A DNA stretch of 44,568 bases. It comes from Parvularia atlantis (taxonomy: Eukaryota). Location: NCBI GenBank assembly GCA_943704415.1, contig CALSCO010001252.1:1-44568 (forward strand), in the 5' to 3' direction. The notes beneath the pieces were generated by a model. The model was not told the origin of the DNA. It searched no databases and saw only the letters and a list, made by a program, of their open reading frames with translations. The position numbers and the translations under genes were made by a program. Numbering within the stretch: the stretch's first letter is position 1; every line of letters begins with the position of its first letter. Below, piece by piece: positions 10,360 to 22,127 of this stretch.

Positions 10360-12425
10360 ATGGCCACCAACGCGCCATTCAACTACTCGGTGCCATGCCC
10401 CGAGGGCTTCGCGTTGGACCGCTACGTGCGTGCACGTGCGAACGGCGGGTGACGGCCCTTGTCAACGAAGACTGATCGCGTCCACGATCGGCCCCCCTTG
10501 CGCCGCCCGCAGATGCTGTACGTCGACATCAATGAGAACGTGTGCGACTTCAACATCGTCGTCAACTTTGCCCTGTGGATGCTGTGGATGGTCCTGTTTG
10601 CGCTCGCGTTCGTCGACCTCGTGCTCACTTACGTCTTCTTCCCGGAGCGCGCGATGGTGCGCTCCTCCGAGACCACTGCTCGCAAGCGCAGGCTGACACC
10701 GCACCATGCGCGCGCCATGCGCAGAAGACGAGCGGCAGCATGAGCCTGCACCTCGGCCAGCGCTTCACGGACGTGTTCTACGGCGTCTTCCTTTTGGCGA
10801 CCGTAGCGCTGGTGCGACTCGGTCTGCGGCGCACTTTTGCGCATCCGCCCGCGCTGATGGCGCGGTCTAGAGCATCGTCGGCGTCGCCATCCCGGACCTG
10901 TCCGTGCGCAACCCGACCGAGGCCAAGATCATCTGGGTGCGCCCGCGCGCCCGCGCGCCCGTGCGCCCGCACGCGTCCACGCCTGACGCGCGGCGCGCAG
11001 ATCATCTGGTGGGCGTGGATGAGCTGCCTCTTTGCGTTCGTCGTGCTCACGAACAACAAGCTTAGGTGCGCACCCTCCGTCACCCGGGCGCCCGCTGGCC
11101 CGCTCATCCGTCGCCCTCGCGCGCAGCTACGCCGTGACCGCGCCGCTGCGCTTCCGCTCGGCGACCAAGGTCGTGCAGGAGAACGTGTTCGAGGTGCCCT
11201 TCTTCCGCTGGTTGCGCCGCTTCCAGATCTTCGTCGGCTTCTTCTACCTCTCATCGGTGCTCGTCGTCTTTGCCGTGCTGCCGCATGTGCGCCTGTCGCC
11301 GCGTCGCGCGCTCTCGCTGACGGCCCGCCCCGTACGTAGCTGAGCCGCTACGACTACAACCAGAAGAACAACAGCGTCAAGTCGGGCTTTTTGCTGTTTG
11401 GTGTGCGCGCCGGGTCGGCCCGCGGTCGCGCACGCTCACGCCCCCGCGGCCTCCGCGCGCCCAGGCTGCTTCCTTGCGGTCGAGACGACCATCATGCTGG
11501 TGACCTTTGAGCGCATCCGCGCCATCACTAAGCAGCAGGCCCAGTTCCACGAGTCGATCAGCGCGCAGCTCAACGTGCAGGTCTGTCGGTCGTGGCGCAC
11601 GGCTCGCACAGGCTGACACGCGCGCGCCGTGACGCAGAGCGAGATGGCCCGGACGATGTCGCAGCTCACGACCAACCTGCGCGTCGCGTCGATCGCCTGC
11701 GCGTCCATCGGCTTTCCAATCGCGGCGGTGTGGATGTACATCGGTGCGACAACCGCACGCGCGCGCGCACTCTGGCGCCCTTCGGCTGACCGACGCGGCG
11801 CAGGCATCTGGCTCGGCATGCGCTACTACATGGCGCACCTGATCATGGTGCGCCTGCTCTCTTCTGCGCGCCGTGTGTTCCTGCGCGTCGGCTCACCCCG
11901 CTGGCTGTGTGCGCAGGGCTGGAGCCTGACCATGGTCGTCGGCAACATGATCCTGTCCAAGACGGCATTCTACCTCTTCGTGCGCGTCGTCGTCTTCCCG
12001 ATGCTCGGGTCGGTCTCGGCCAGCTACGGCAGGTGTGCCTGTGCTCGCCCCTACCGGCGGTGCTGATGCGCCGCGCCATCTGCAGCAGCCAGGAGCACTC
12101 AGACCGCGAGCACCACCGCGACAGCTCGCTCGACCAGAAGCACGTCGGCGCGGACAGCACACCCGCCTCGCCTCTCCCGCGCACGTCGTTCGCCCTCGCG
12201 CCCCTGGCCGCGTCCGGCCCGACCTCGCCCGTCGCCGGCCGCGCCGCCACGCCGAGCGTGCTGCTGCAGAACATCGACGTGGGCGAGCTCGCCGACGTCC
12301 TCGGCTCGTCCAAGGAGATGGCCCGGGCGCCCGCGAGCCTATCGGACGTGTCGGACGCGTCGGGCGCCGGGGAGCAGGCGCCGCCGTCGCGCGCATCGCT
12401 CGACGACCCCGGCAACGCCGTGTGA
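10360..12425 (+). CDS. Uncharacterised multi-pass (about 7 TM) membrane protein with Ser/Pro-rich C-tail, 11 introns
   Basis: All 11 GT-AG introns splice into one open frame MATNAPFNYSVPCPEGF...PGNAV*; seven hydrophobic segments. Confidence 0.75.
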
Positions 12426-12536
12426 CCGCTCATCCGACAAGCCGACCTGCCAGTGAGTGTAAAGGCCGCATGTGGCCCCGCGCGTGCCGGCTGCCGTGCA
12501 GCCCCAACCCCTTGCCCGCTCTGTGAGCTTGATTTG

Positions 12537-13542
12537 ATGTCGCGCTCGATCCGCGGTAACGTGCCCGTCGCGGTGCAGGCGGCCGCGTGGCTGCTCTCGG
12601 CCGTGCTCTTGGCGCTGTGCACGAGCGAGCTACACGTGCTCTGGCGCACGTCTGGCCCCGCGCTCAACGGCGGCGCCGATGTCGTGCGCGCGTTCCGCGA
12701 TGCGGCCGCCGCTCAGCTCGCGACCATCGCGCCGTGGCCGGCCTTTGCGCCCGCGCCGCCGCTCGACGTCGTCACGTCCGTGCCGGGCCACGCCTCGCCG
12801 GTCGCGCTCAGCCTGTCGTGTGCGAGCGTGCTGCCCCTGCGCTCGCCCGCGACGGGCCTGCCGATGTCGCTGCACTACGTCGGCCACCCGCTGCTAAGCA
12901 TGTTCCACTTTGCCGTCGGCGTGCTCTGGGCCGCCTTCGCGCCGCTGCAGCTGTCGGACGTGCGTGGGCCAGCTGCGCGGGCGGTGGCCGATGCGCGCTC
13001 ACGGGCCGCGCAGATCGTCCGCCAGCGCGCGCCCAAGGTGCACAACACGCTCGGCAGCGTCGTCGCCTTCTCCGGCTTCAGGCACGCACTTCCTACCCTG
13101 TGGCGGCGCGTCTGATGCCTGCGCACGCGCGCGCAGCATCGGTGTGAGCGGCCTGCTGTTCATGGTGCTGCGCGCCCACACGCCGCTCGCGACGACCGGC
13201 GAGTGGACGTGGCACGACGCCGTGACGGCCGCGGCGGGCGTCTGGCTCCTCGCGACCTACTTCCGTGCGTACGTGACCGCGACCAACGCCGACTTTGTCG
13301 CGCACCGCGACTGGTCCATCCGGCACGTGGGCGCGGGCTACTGGGTCGGCCTCGCGCGCGTCGCGTACATCGTGCTGCCGCTCACCCTGCCGAGCCTGGC
13401 CGCGGCCGGCGACACGCCCGCGCAGGCCGAGGGCCGCCTGTTTGCGCTCGTCAACGTGGCCTCGATGGCCGTGACCATCGCCACGGCCGAGTGGGTCGTG
13501 CGCCAGCGACGCAGCAGTGCGAAGGCTGTACACGTCGACTGA
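12537..13542 (+). CDS. DUF2306-like membrane protein, 2 introns (1 GC-AG)
   Basis: H.AVG.LW...APLQL...VR.RAPKVH..LG and AHRDWSIR motifs typical of DUF2306. Confidence 0.75.
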
Positions 13543-13554
13543 AGACAACGACGA

Positions 13555-15272
13555 TCACCCCACGCGCGCGCGCTTGCCTTCGCGCTCGTCCTCGGCGCTC
13601 TCGCGCTGGCGCTTGTTGGCCGCATCCTCGCCCTCGCCCTGGCCCTCGCCCTCGCCCTCGCTCTCGCTCTCGCCGTTCTCGCCAAACTTGAGGTGCACGC
13701 GCTTGGCCGTCTTGGTCTTCTTCTTCTTGCCCGCCCTGGGCTTGGTCGGCTCCTCCGGCTGCGGCACCGCGACGGTCCCCGCGACGGGTGCGGCCTCGTG
13801 CTCTTGCTTGCGCTGCGCCACCTTGAACGACGAACGCTTGAGCTTCACGACCAGCCGCCAGTACGCCGCCTCCTCCTCGCCCGCCAGCACGCGCGCCTGC
13901 GGTCGGGTCAGCCGGACTGCCGCAAGGTGGAACTGGCAAGCACCTGCAGCGGCGGCCGCGCACCCAGTAGCGCAATCGCCCGTGACGCGTCGTCGGGCTC
14001 GGTCAGCCGCACGTGCGCCTGGGCCGCGCGTGGCTTAGGAGGAGCGCGAGACTGGGTGCACGCGCACCTCGCTGTTCACGCGCTCGTGGTCCAGGTACGC
14101 CACCTTGCACCCGCCCGCTATCGCGAACAACGTCAGCCGCGGTGCGGTGAGCAGCAGCAGCACGGGCAGGCGCACCGTCCAGCAGCTTGCGCAGCGACGA
14201 TGAGGTCGTGTCGGGCGTGAGGCCGCTCACGTGCACAATCAGGCCCGGCAGGTACTCGTCCTTGCGCGCGGGGCGGGCGGGCGGCGCGTCTGCCGCGGGC
14301 GACGACGACGCGGCCGGGCGCGGGCCGGGCCTCGGCTCCGGGTGCACGGCGAGGCCCACTACGTGCCGCTGCTCCTTCATGTGCTGCAGATACTCGGTGC
14401 GCAGCCTAAGCCACTCGGCCCTGTCCCGCGCTCAGCGCGTCGTGGCAGGGCATGCACGGCGCGCCACACACTTGGACAGGACGCGCATCGACCGCAGCTG
14501 CCGGCTGGGCGTGTCGAGCGTGGTCACGTCGGCGCGCTTGAGTGCCGCGATCTGCGCGCGCGGTCGCAGGTCAACCGCGGTCGCGATAGGCGCATGCACG
14601 AGCGTGCCTCAGCCTGGGCGCGCTGCGCCTGCTCGCGCTGCTCAAACTCTACAAAGCAAAACCCCTTGGGGCTGTTGTTGGCGTAGCGCGGGAGACTGAG
14701 CGCGCGCACGCGCAGGGCTCCTCGGTCGGCACGGGGGCGCACACAAAGCGTGCAACGCGACGCACCTGACGTACGCCACCGCCCCGAAGCGCACAAAGAG
14801 CTCGCGCAGCTTGTCGTGGTCGGGTGCGGGCGGGAGGCGCTCGGCGTAGACCATGCGCTCGTCGACGTCGGCCGGCGCGGCGAACGGGACGCGGCGCCCG
14901 ACCATCGTCTCGTCGGCGCTGAGCTGCGCACGGTGCGCGCGCGGTCTCAGCCTCAGCCAGCGGATCGGGGGCCACGTGCACACGTAGAGCCAATCGATCG
15001 TGCGCACGGCCGTGCGCAGCAGCGGCACGGTCGCGCCGAGCCGCTGCAGTTTGTTGAAAGTGAGCAGCGCATCGAGCGCGACTACTGCGCACGCGGCCGA
15101 CGTTGGCTGCCCGGGTCCGCGCGAGCGGCGACCACGCACGGCCATCCGGGTGCTCGGCCATGAGGTGCTGCAGGTGCCGGTCCTTGGCCAGGTTGCTGTC
15201 GCTGAAGTAGAAGGCGACCTGTGCGGCGACCGCGTCCGGCATCTGCGCGCGGCTGTCAGCATTCGCCGGCAT
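13555..15272 (-). CDS. LARP7: La-related protein, LARP7-like (La motif, RRM, C-terminal xRRM), 8 introns
   Basis: QVAFYFSDSNLAKDRHL, LTFNKL, KGFCFVEF, YLPGLIVHV, LAGEEEAAYW; the start could instead be ATG 15242. Confidence 0.8.
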
Positions 15273-15323
15273 GGTGGACACCCCCTGTCAGTTTTCCAGA
15301 TCACGACAAACGCGTCGGTCGTC

Positions 15324-15384
15324 ATGGGCGGCCCCGCGCTTATCGACGACGCGCTGCTGCAGCAGCACCTGTCGGGCTCGCCCC

Positions 15385-15415
<31 letters not shown>

Positions 15416-17957
15416 CATGGCGCGGCTGGGCATGGGCGAGGACAGTGTCGGCTCCATGGGCTCGTCGGGCGGCATGAGCAGCGGCAGCCGCTCGCGCTCG
15501 ACCTCGGCCGCCGTGCCGCAGTTCTCGTACGCGTTGCCCCTGGTGGCCTGGAGCGAGGAAGTGCTCGGCGCGGCACTGGCGCTCGGGCAGCGCAACAAGC
15601 CCTGGCACGAGGCCAACAGCTCGGCCATGTCGCTCACCGCCATGAGCAACAAGCGCAAGATCCGCGACCTCAAGAGCATCCTCCGTAACGGGATCCCAAA
15701 CGAGATACGCGGCGAGGCACGCCCACTCGCACGTGCGCGGTCTACGCGCACTGAGACGGACCACTCCGCGCGCGCGCGCGCTCGCAGAAGTGGCAGGCGC
15801 TCGTGTACACCAAGGGCCTAGCGGGTGCGCGCCACGTGCTCCTGCGACCCGTGCTCACACGACGCGTCTCACACGACCCGCGCACAGACTACGAGCGCAG
15901 CTTCGCGCTCGGGCTGCAGCGTGCCTTTGGCACCGCGCGCCTCACCAACCCGCAGGTGCCGCTCTTCGGCAGCGAGCCGCTGTTTGACGCGCTGGCGCTG
16001 TCGCCGCACGGGATTCGGGTGCGTGTGGCGCGCTCCCCGCCGTTGGCGTCGGGCGCTGAGCGGCCGCGCGCCAGGTCGCGCACGAGATCATGTGCATCAT
16101 TGGCAACGACTTTCCTCAGCTTTTGTTCTGCCCGTTCATCGCGCCGACCCTCACGCTGCTCCTGCACCACATGAGCGCCGACGGCGCGCTCGCCTCGATC
16201 CTGGCCATGATCAAGGAGTCGATCGGCGCCAACGATTGGCGCTACTTCCCGTGCAGCAGGTGCACTCGCGTGCGCTGTCGTGCGCTGCCGTGCCAATCGC
16301 TCACGCGCGCCGCGGCTGCAGTCGCGAGACGAACCTGTTTGCGTTCGTCTTCGTCGACATGGCCAAGCGCGCCGTGCCCGCCGTCTGGAAGCACGTCAAG
16401 TCGCTCGGCGGTGGCATGGGCAAGGTCAAGTGGCAGCCGTTCTGGAAAAAGCTGTTCTGCCGCATGTTCATCGGGTGCGCGCGCTCGCCCGAGCCCGTGG
16501 AGCGTTGCCCGCCTGACCGCGTGACCAATCATGCAGCACGCTCCCGCTGCCACAGCTGTACATCGTCATGGATTCGTTCTGCCTCGAAGGTTGCAAGGTG
16601 CTCTACCGCGTGGCCATGGGCGCGCTGGGCATGCTCGAGCGCCGCATCCTGAAGCAGCGTACGGCGACCCGGGTCGCTCGGCCGTCCTCACGCGACCGCG
16701 CGCAGCCTCGATCGACGCCATCGACGCGCTCGTCCGCGACTTTCTCGAGATGCAGGACTCGGCCACGTTCAACGAGCTGTGGGGCCGCGGGTTCAGCTAC
16801 AACCTGCAGCGCAGCGACTTTTCGGCGTTCCGGCAGCTCAACCAGGTGCGTGCGTGCTCGCCCGCTTGACAGCGTGCGCTCTCGCCCGCTTGACGGCGTG
16901 CCGACCCGTGCGTGCACACGTGCACGCAGACGCTGCACCAGGTGCAGCTGGACCACCTCAACTCGGGCGATGTCGGATCGCTGTACGTGCGCGCGCTGCC
17001 CGAGCTGTCGAACCCGTCGGCCATCATTAGCGACGACATGCTGCATGTGTGGGCCGCCACCGCGTAGGTGCACACACGTGCTCACACCGCGGCTGCCCGC
17101 AGGAGGTGTGGAAGTGGGTGCCGGCGCGCTTCCGCAGCCACGACCTCGACCTGCTGTTCTCGACCATGTCGGACGGGTACTCGCTCAACAGCCTGTTCCA
17201 AAAGTGCGGCACGTGTGAGCCGCTGTTCCTCGTGCGTGGCCGCGCGCCGCTGTGGTGCTGTTGCAGCGACGTGACGGCGCCCGGACAGCTGATCAAGACG
17301 ACCGGTAACCAGTGCTTCGGCGTGTACCTGAGCGACGCGTTCAGCAAGGTGCGGCGCCCGTGTGCTGCGGCGGCGCTCGCGGTTCACGACGCTCGTGCGC
17401 GCACGCGGCTGGCAGCGCCCGCGCCAGTCAGACAAGATGTACTACGGCACAGGCGAGTGCTTCGTGTTCAAGCTGACGCCCGAGGTGAGCATCCGTGCGC
17501 GTGAGCGTGCAGCTGCGGCGGCTGACGGGCCGCGCGCAGGTCCAGGTCTGGCCGTGGGCCAAGATGGACCGCGCGGTCATGATCCAGGACCGCCAGAAGC
17601 ACGGCAGCGGGCAGTCTGTCTCGTGCGTCTGCGCGTCGGTGCAGCGACGGGTGCGGCCTCGAACGCTGACCGCACGCCTCGCCGCGCAGGTACCGCACAA
17701 ACGACTCGGCCAACAGCTTCTTCATCCGCGCGACGGACCGCGGGCTGGTCATCGGCGGCGGCAGGCACGGCGCGCGCCCACAGCGCCACGAGACGCTGAC
17801 CCGACCGGCGCACAGCGGACAGGCGCTGTCGATCGATAACGACTTCCGCAACGGTCGGTCGACCTGGTGCGAGACGTTCGAGAACGAGCCGCTGGCGGGC
17901 GACGGCGTCAACGCATTCGAGTGCGCGGTCGTCGAGGTCTACGACATCACGCAATAA
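15324..17957 (+). CDS. TBC1D24: TBC domain plus TLDc domain protein (TBC1D24/Skywalker-like), 13 introns (2 GC-AG)
   Basis: LKSILRNGIPNEIRGEKW, FPQLLFCPFI, EGCKVLYRVA; TLDc motifs DGYSLNSLF, FGVYLS, YYGTGECFVF, CETFENEPL. Confidence 0.85.
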
Positions 17958-18061
17958 CCCCGGGCCGCCGGACTACCGCGAAGCGGACCCGCGCGACTGT
18001 GCTGCTTCTGCCGTCAGTGATGCGCCCACCCCCTCCGATCGTGCTGCCGCATTATCCCATT

Positions 18062-19123
18062 TCAGTCTGCTTCTAAGGCTGCACTGGCCGCACTGGCTGC
18101 ACTGGCCGCAGACCCCGCGGCGAAGAGCTTGCGTGCGTACCGCTCAAACGTGGCCCGCGCAGCAGGGTGGGCGAGGCACAGGTCGCGCGCCGCGCCTTCC
18201 CACACGTCAAAGTCGTCCCAGTGCGTCTCGTACCGCCACGGCTTTTCCGAGACAAAGTGCATGAGCACCTGGTCGTAGTCGCGCTTGCCCCACGAGTTGC
18301 TGCCGTAGCGCGCATGCACATGCGTCCAGGCGCGGGGCGGGCCGGGCGGGGCGTCGGGCCCGTCAAAGTACTCGCTGATCAGGCGCTCGTCCGGGCCGAC
18401 GTGGAGGTCGGGCGTGCCGTACGAGCCGCGGCGGGCGAGAAGGGCGCGGATGGCGTCGAGGTCGTTCTGGGCGGGCTCGAGCACGAGCACGCAGCCGCGG
18501 ATGCCGTAGTTGGTGCGGACGCTGCGCCGGACGAGGTCTGCGGGCAGCTCGCGCCCGTGCCACCGCTCCTGCTCCTCCGCCGAGTCGCCCACGGCGGAGC
18601 AGATGCCGGCGGGGGCGCGCAGGTCGAACAGCGCGTCCGGGCAGGCCAGCGCGAGCATGTCGGCGTCGAGGAAGACGACCTTGGCGTACTCGGTCAGGCC
18701 GAACGCGTTGTACTTGGTGAAGCACAGGTCGATCCAGCGGTACATGTGCCGGAAGCGCCTAGACTGGGCCTGCACGGCGCGCGCGCGGATCGCCGGCACC
18801 TCGACCACGCGCACGCCGAGTCCGTCCAGCGCCGCCCGCGCCTCCGCCACCGCCGCACGCACGTCGGCCGTCGTCATCAGCACCACGTCGGCGCGCGTCC
18901 CGCTCCGCCGCAGCGACCACGCCAGCGTCAGGGCGCCGCACAGGTACTCGGGCGTGTGCATCACCAGCATCGCGTAGGCCTCGCGCGCGGCCGGCGGCGC
19001 AGCGGGCGGCGGCGGCGGTGCATCTGCCGACGCTGGCGCCGGTTCGCCGCGCTCACGGTCACGGTCGCGGTCACGGTCGCGGTCACGGTCACGGTCGCGG
19101 TCACGGTCGCGCTCACGCGGCAT
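18062..19123 (-). CDS. Intronless glycosyltransferase family 8 (glycogenin / P13-like) with N-terminal RD repeat
   Basis: AYAMLVM..EYLCGALTLAWSL, FTKYNAFGLTEYAKVVFLDADML (DxD), GPDE, HFVSEKPW. Confidence 0.9.
   Translation of the reverse strand: MPRERDRDRDRDRDRDRDRDRDRERGEPAPASADAPPPPPAAPPAAREAYAMLVMHTPEYLCGALTLAWSLRRSGTRADVVLMTTADVRAAVAEARAALDGLGVRVVEVPAIRARAVQAQSRRFRHMYRWIDLCFTKYNAFGLTEYAKVVFLDADMLALACPDALFDLRAPAGICSAVGDSAEEQERWHGRELPADLVRRSVRTNYGIRGCVLVLEPAQNDLDAIRALLARRGSYGTPDLHVGPDERLISEYFDGPDAPPGPPRAWTHVHARYGSNSWGKRDYDQVLMHFVSEKPWRYETHWDDFDVWEGAARDLCLAHPAARATFERYARKLFAAGSAASAASAASAALEAD
19050..19117 (-). repeat. Coding 6/12-bp tandem repeat (GACCGY)n encoding RDRDRD
   Basis: cggtcacggtcgcggtcacggtcg... 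on the + strand. Confidence 0.9.
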
Positions 19124-19141
19124 CGCACATGACAAGTGCGC

Positions 19142-22098
19142 TCACGATCTCTCGCGCGCCTTGTAGTCCAGGAAGCGCCGCAGGTTCTGTCGCGCCTCAG
19201 CCACGTGCGCGTACGCGTCGCGCTCGAGGTTGCCCTTCAGCTGCGGGAGCTGGGCGCGCGCGCGTGTGAGCGTGTGTGCACAAGGCCGCGAGCCGCACAC
19301 CTGCTGCTTCAGACGCGCGTGGCAGGCGCCGAGCTGCTCGAGCCCCTGGCACGCCGCGAGGATGTGGTTCTTGTCGACGTCGCCAAAGATGTCAAACAGG
19401 TTGTCAAGGCTGGTGCGCACGGTGAGACAATCAGGCGGAGCACGGCCATCACGCGCGCGCACACCTCGCGGCCACGACAAGTGGCGACGCGTCGGCAAGC
19501 GCGGCAAGCAGCGTCCGCGCACACTCCTGTAGGCCGCACGTTAGCTCGTGCCATCGCGCAGCAGAGGGGGCACGCACAAGGCTGACGGCATCGTTCCCGC
19601 GCGAGTGCTTCTCGACGAGCCCGAGCGTGCCAACGGCGTTGACGCGGATGTCGACGTTGCCCGAGCCTGCAACGGCGTCCGCGAGCATCTTGAGCTGCGC
19701 TGGCTGTGTATGCGACCGGCCTTTGAGCGACGCGCGCGGTGACGCAGCACGCGACACACCGTGGGCACGATCGCGGCACCGAGCTGCTGCGTCGCGTCCA
19801 GCTGCCGCGCGAGCGCAAAGAGCGCGCCCGTGATCGCCTCATGCATCGCATCCACATCGACCCCGGGCAGCGTCTGCGTCTGCGGCCGGGTCAGCATCAC
19901 GCGCCGTGGCCGCAGGGCAAGCCGCGCACCGTCACGCCCAGCTCAAACAGCCCGCGCCACACGTCTGCCCACGACTCGACGGCAAAAAACTGCGCTTTGT
20001 TAGCCGGCAGTCGGACAAGCCCCTTGGCAACGTACCGACGCGGCGGGGTAGATGCTCAGCAGGTTCTGCAGGCACGCGACGGCACGCGTCTGCACCAGCG
20101 CGAGCCGCCCGAGCAGCGCCCGCAGCGACGGCGACACCGCCTGCGCGCGTGTGAGCAAGCACGCGCAGACGCAGACCGACGCACCGCGGGGTCGGTCGCG
20201 CTGGCCACGGGCGTGTAGATCTCGGGCGGGCCGCACTGGCAGCGCTGCAGCGTGATGCGCGGCAGCTGCGCTCGCAGCAGGGTCTTGGCGGCGAGTGTGT
20301 CGGCGGCGCGGCCGACGTGTGCGGCTGCGGCAGGCGCGCTCTCGGCCAAGGCGCCGCCATCATCGTTGTCGTCGTCGGCCACCTCGTCCGTGTCCTCCCA
20401 GCCGTCGCCAGCTGCCGCGCGACGTGAGACGGTGCGTGGGCTTGTGGTGCGTGCCTCAAGCGCACTCTGCTCGCCCTCCTCTACGATGCTCGCGGCGACG
20501 TTGCTCAGTACCTCCATGCACAGCTGCTGCGCGTCCAGCAGCCGGGCGAGCGCGTCGATCGAGCGCTGCAACGCGGGCAAGCGCGTCAGTCGCGCTGCAC
20601 GCGGCATGCACCGCACGCGCCACCCGCACGCCGCGCTGTCGCCACACCCGACCCACAACATCCACACCCGACCCACGCACACCTTGGTCAGCCGCGCGGT
20701 CTCGGCCTGGCTGTCGACGGACGCGTCCTGGATCTGCGTGCGCGCGGCCGTGTGTGTGTGCTCCGCATCGGTGTTGCGCGGTTCCGACGCCCGCACCGGC
20801 CGGTCGGGCGCGGTCAGGGCGAGGTTCGGGACGATGCGCGCGATCGCCGCCGCCGTCTCTTCGCGCAGCACGGCCACCATCGCCGGCACGATCGCCAGGT
20901 GCACGTCTGGCCCGCCCGCAGCCTTGACGGCGTCGCGCAGGTTGTACAGCACGCCTGCGCAAGCGCGTGAGCCGTGCTCGTCTGCCCTGCCAGTGCGCGC
21001 ATACCCGTGCCGAGCACGCGCACGAGCGGGTCGGGGCCGACCTCGGCGTTGTGCGCCTCGACCTGCGCCCGCCCAAGTGGTGTCAAGGGAGGCAGGCGAG
21101 CACACAGCAGTCACGCGCACCGACGTCAGCCGCAGCAGCTCCTGCGCGCCCGCCGGCCGCTGCGCCACGAGCTGTGTCAGCGCCGGGTTCTCCTCCGAGA
21201 TGGTCACGAGCAGCTCGGCTGCGGCGGGCCGTGAGCGGCACGACGATATCGCCTGCAGCCGCAGCGCGCACACACCGGCAATGTGCAGCAGCGATGGCGG
21301 GACGCGCGGGCGCGGCTGCGCGATCACGGCGAAGACCGCGTCGAGCGCGCTGGCCGACGCCGTGACGTGGTCCACGGCCTGCTCAAAGTTCTCGCTGCGG
21401 CAGCGGCCGTCGGGTCAGCGGCGCGGCTCGATGCGCGCGGCACACACGCACCAGAGCGACCACAGCACGGCGAGCAGCTGCTCAAGAAAGTCGAGCGCGA
21501 CAGGGCGGTCGTCCGAGTCGGCGGCGGCGAGAAAGGGCGTCTGGTGCGCGCGTGAGCGCCGTGACGGGCGGGAGCAGCAACCGCGCGCACCACGGCCGCG
21601 AGCAGCGCGTCCACGCCCTGCAGGACGCCCTTGGCCAGCAGCGTGCGGCCGACGTCGAGCCCGCCAGCGGCTGTGAGGTTGCGCAGGGCGCCGGCGGCGC
21701 TGACTTGGACGGTGCGCTCGGCGTCGACGAGGCGGGCGAGCAGCAGGTCGATCACGTGGTGCGCGAGCAGCGTGCGCAGCGCGTCGGCCTCCTCGACCAG
21801 GTGGCTGATGGCCGAGCACGCCCACTCGCGCTCGCTCGCGGCGGCGCTGCCGAGCTGCACCGCCCGCACTCAGCCACGACCGGCGCCAGGGACGGGCGCG
21901 GGCGCGCACCTTGGTCAGCACTGGCGGCACGCTCACATTGGCGTCGCCCAGCTGCGCGCCCACGCGCGAGTCGTCGTCGACCTCGGGAATCTCGCCGCCG
22001 CGCTCGCCGCCGCCCACGTCGAGCTCGTCGCGGTCGGGCGCGGCGGTGGCGGGGCGCGCCGCGGCGGCCGCCGACCTGCGCTGGCGGTAGCGGCCCAT
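19142..22098 (-). CDS. HEATR3: ARM/HEAT repeat protein, HEATR3/Syo1-like, ~16 introns
   Basis: Basic N-terminus MGRYRQRR; EREWACSAISHL, VSAAGALRNL, LWSLCENFE, RAVACLQNL, LDNLFDIFGD, ARQNLRRFLDYK. Confidence 0.85.
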
Positions 22099-22127
22099 CG
22101 CTCTGTGACACGCGGCACAGCTGTCTG

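Noticed and set aside
16858..16894. Short duplication TCGCCCGCTTGAC in a TBC1D24 intron
   Set aside because: Local slippage duplicating a branch-like site; no wider pattern
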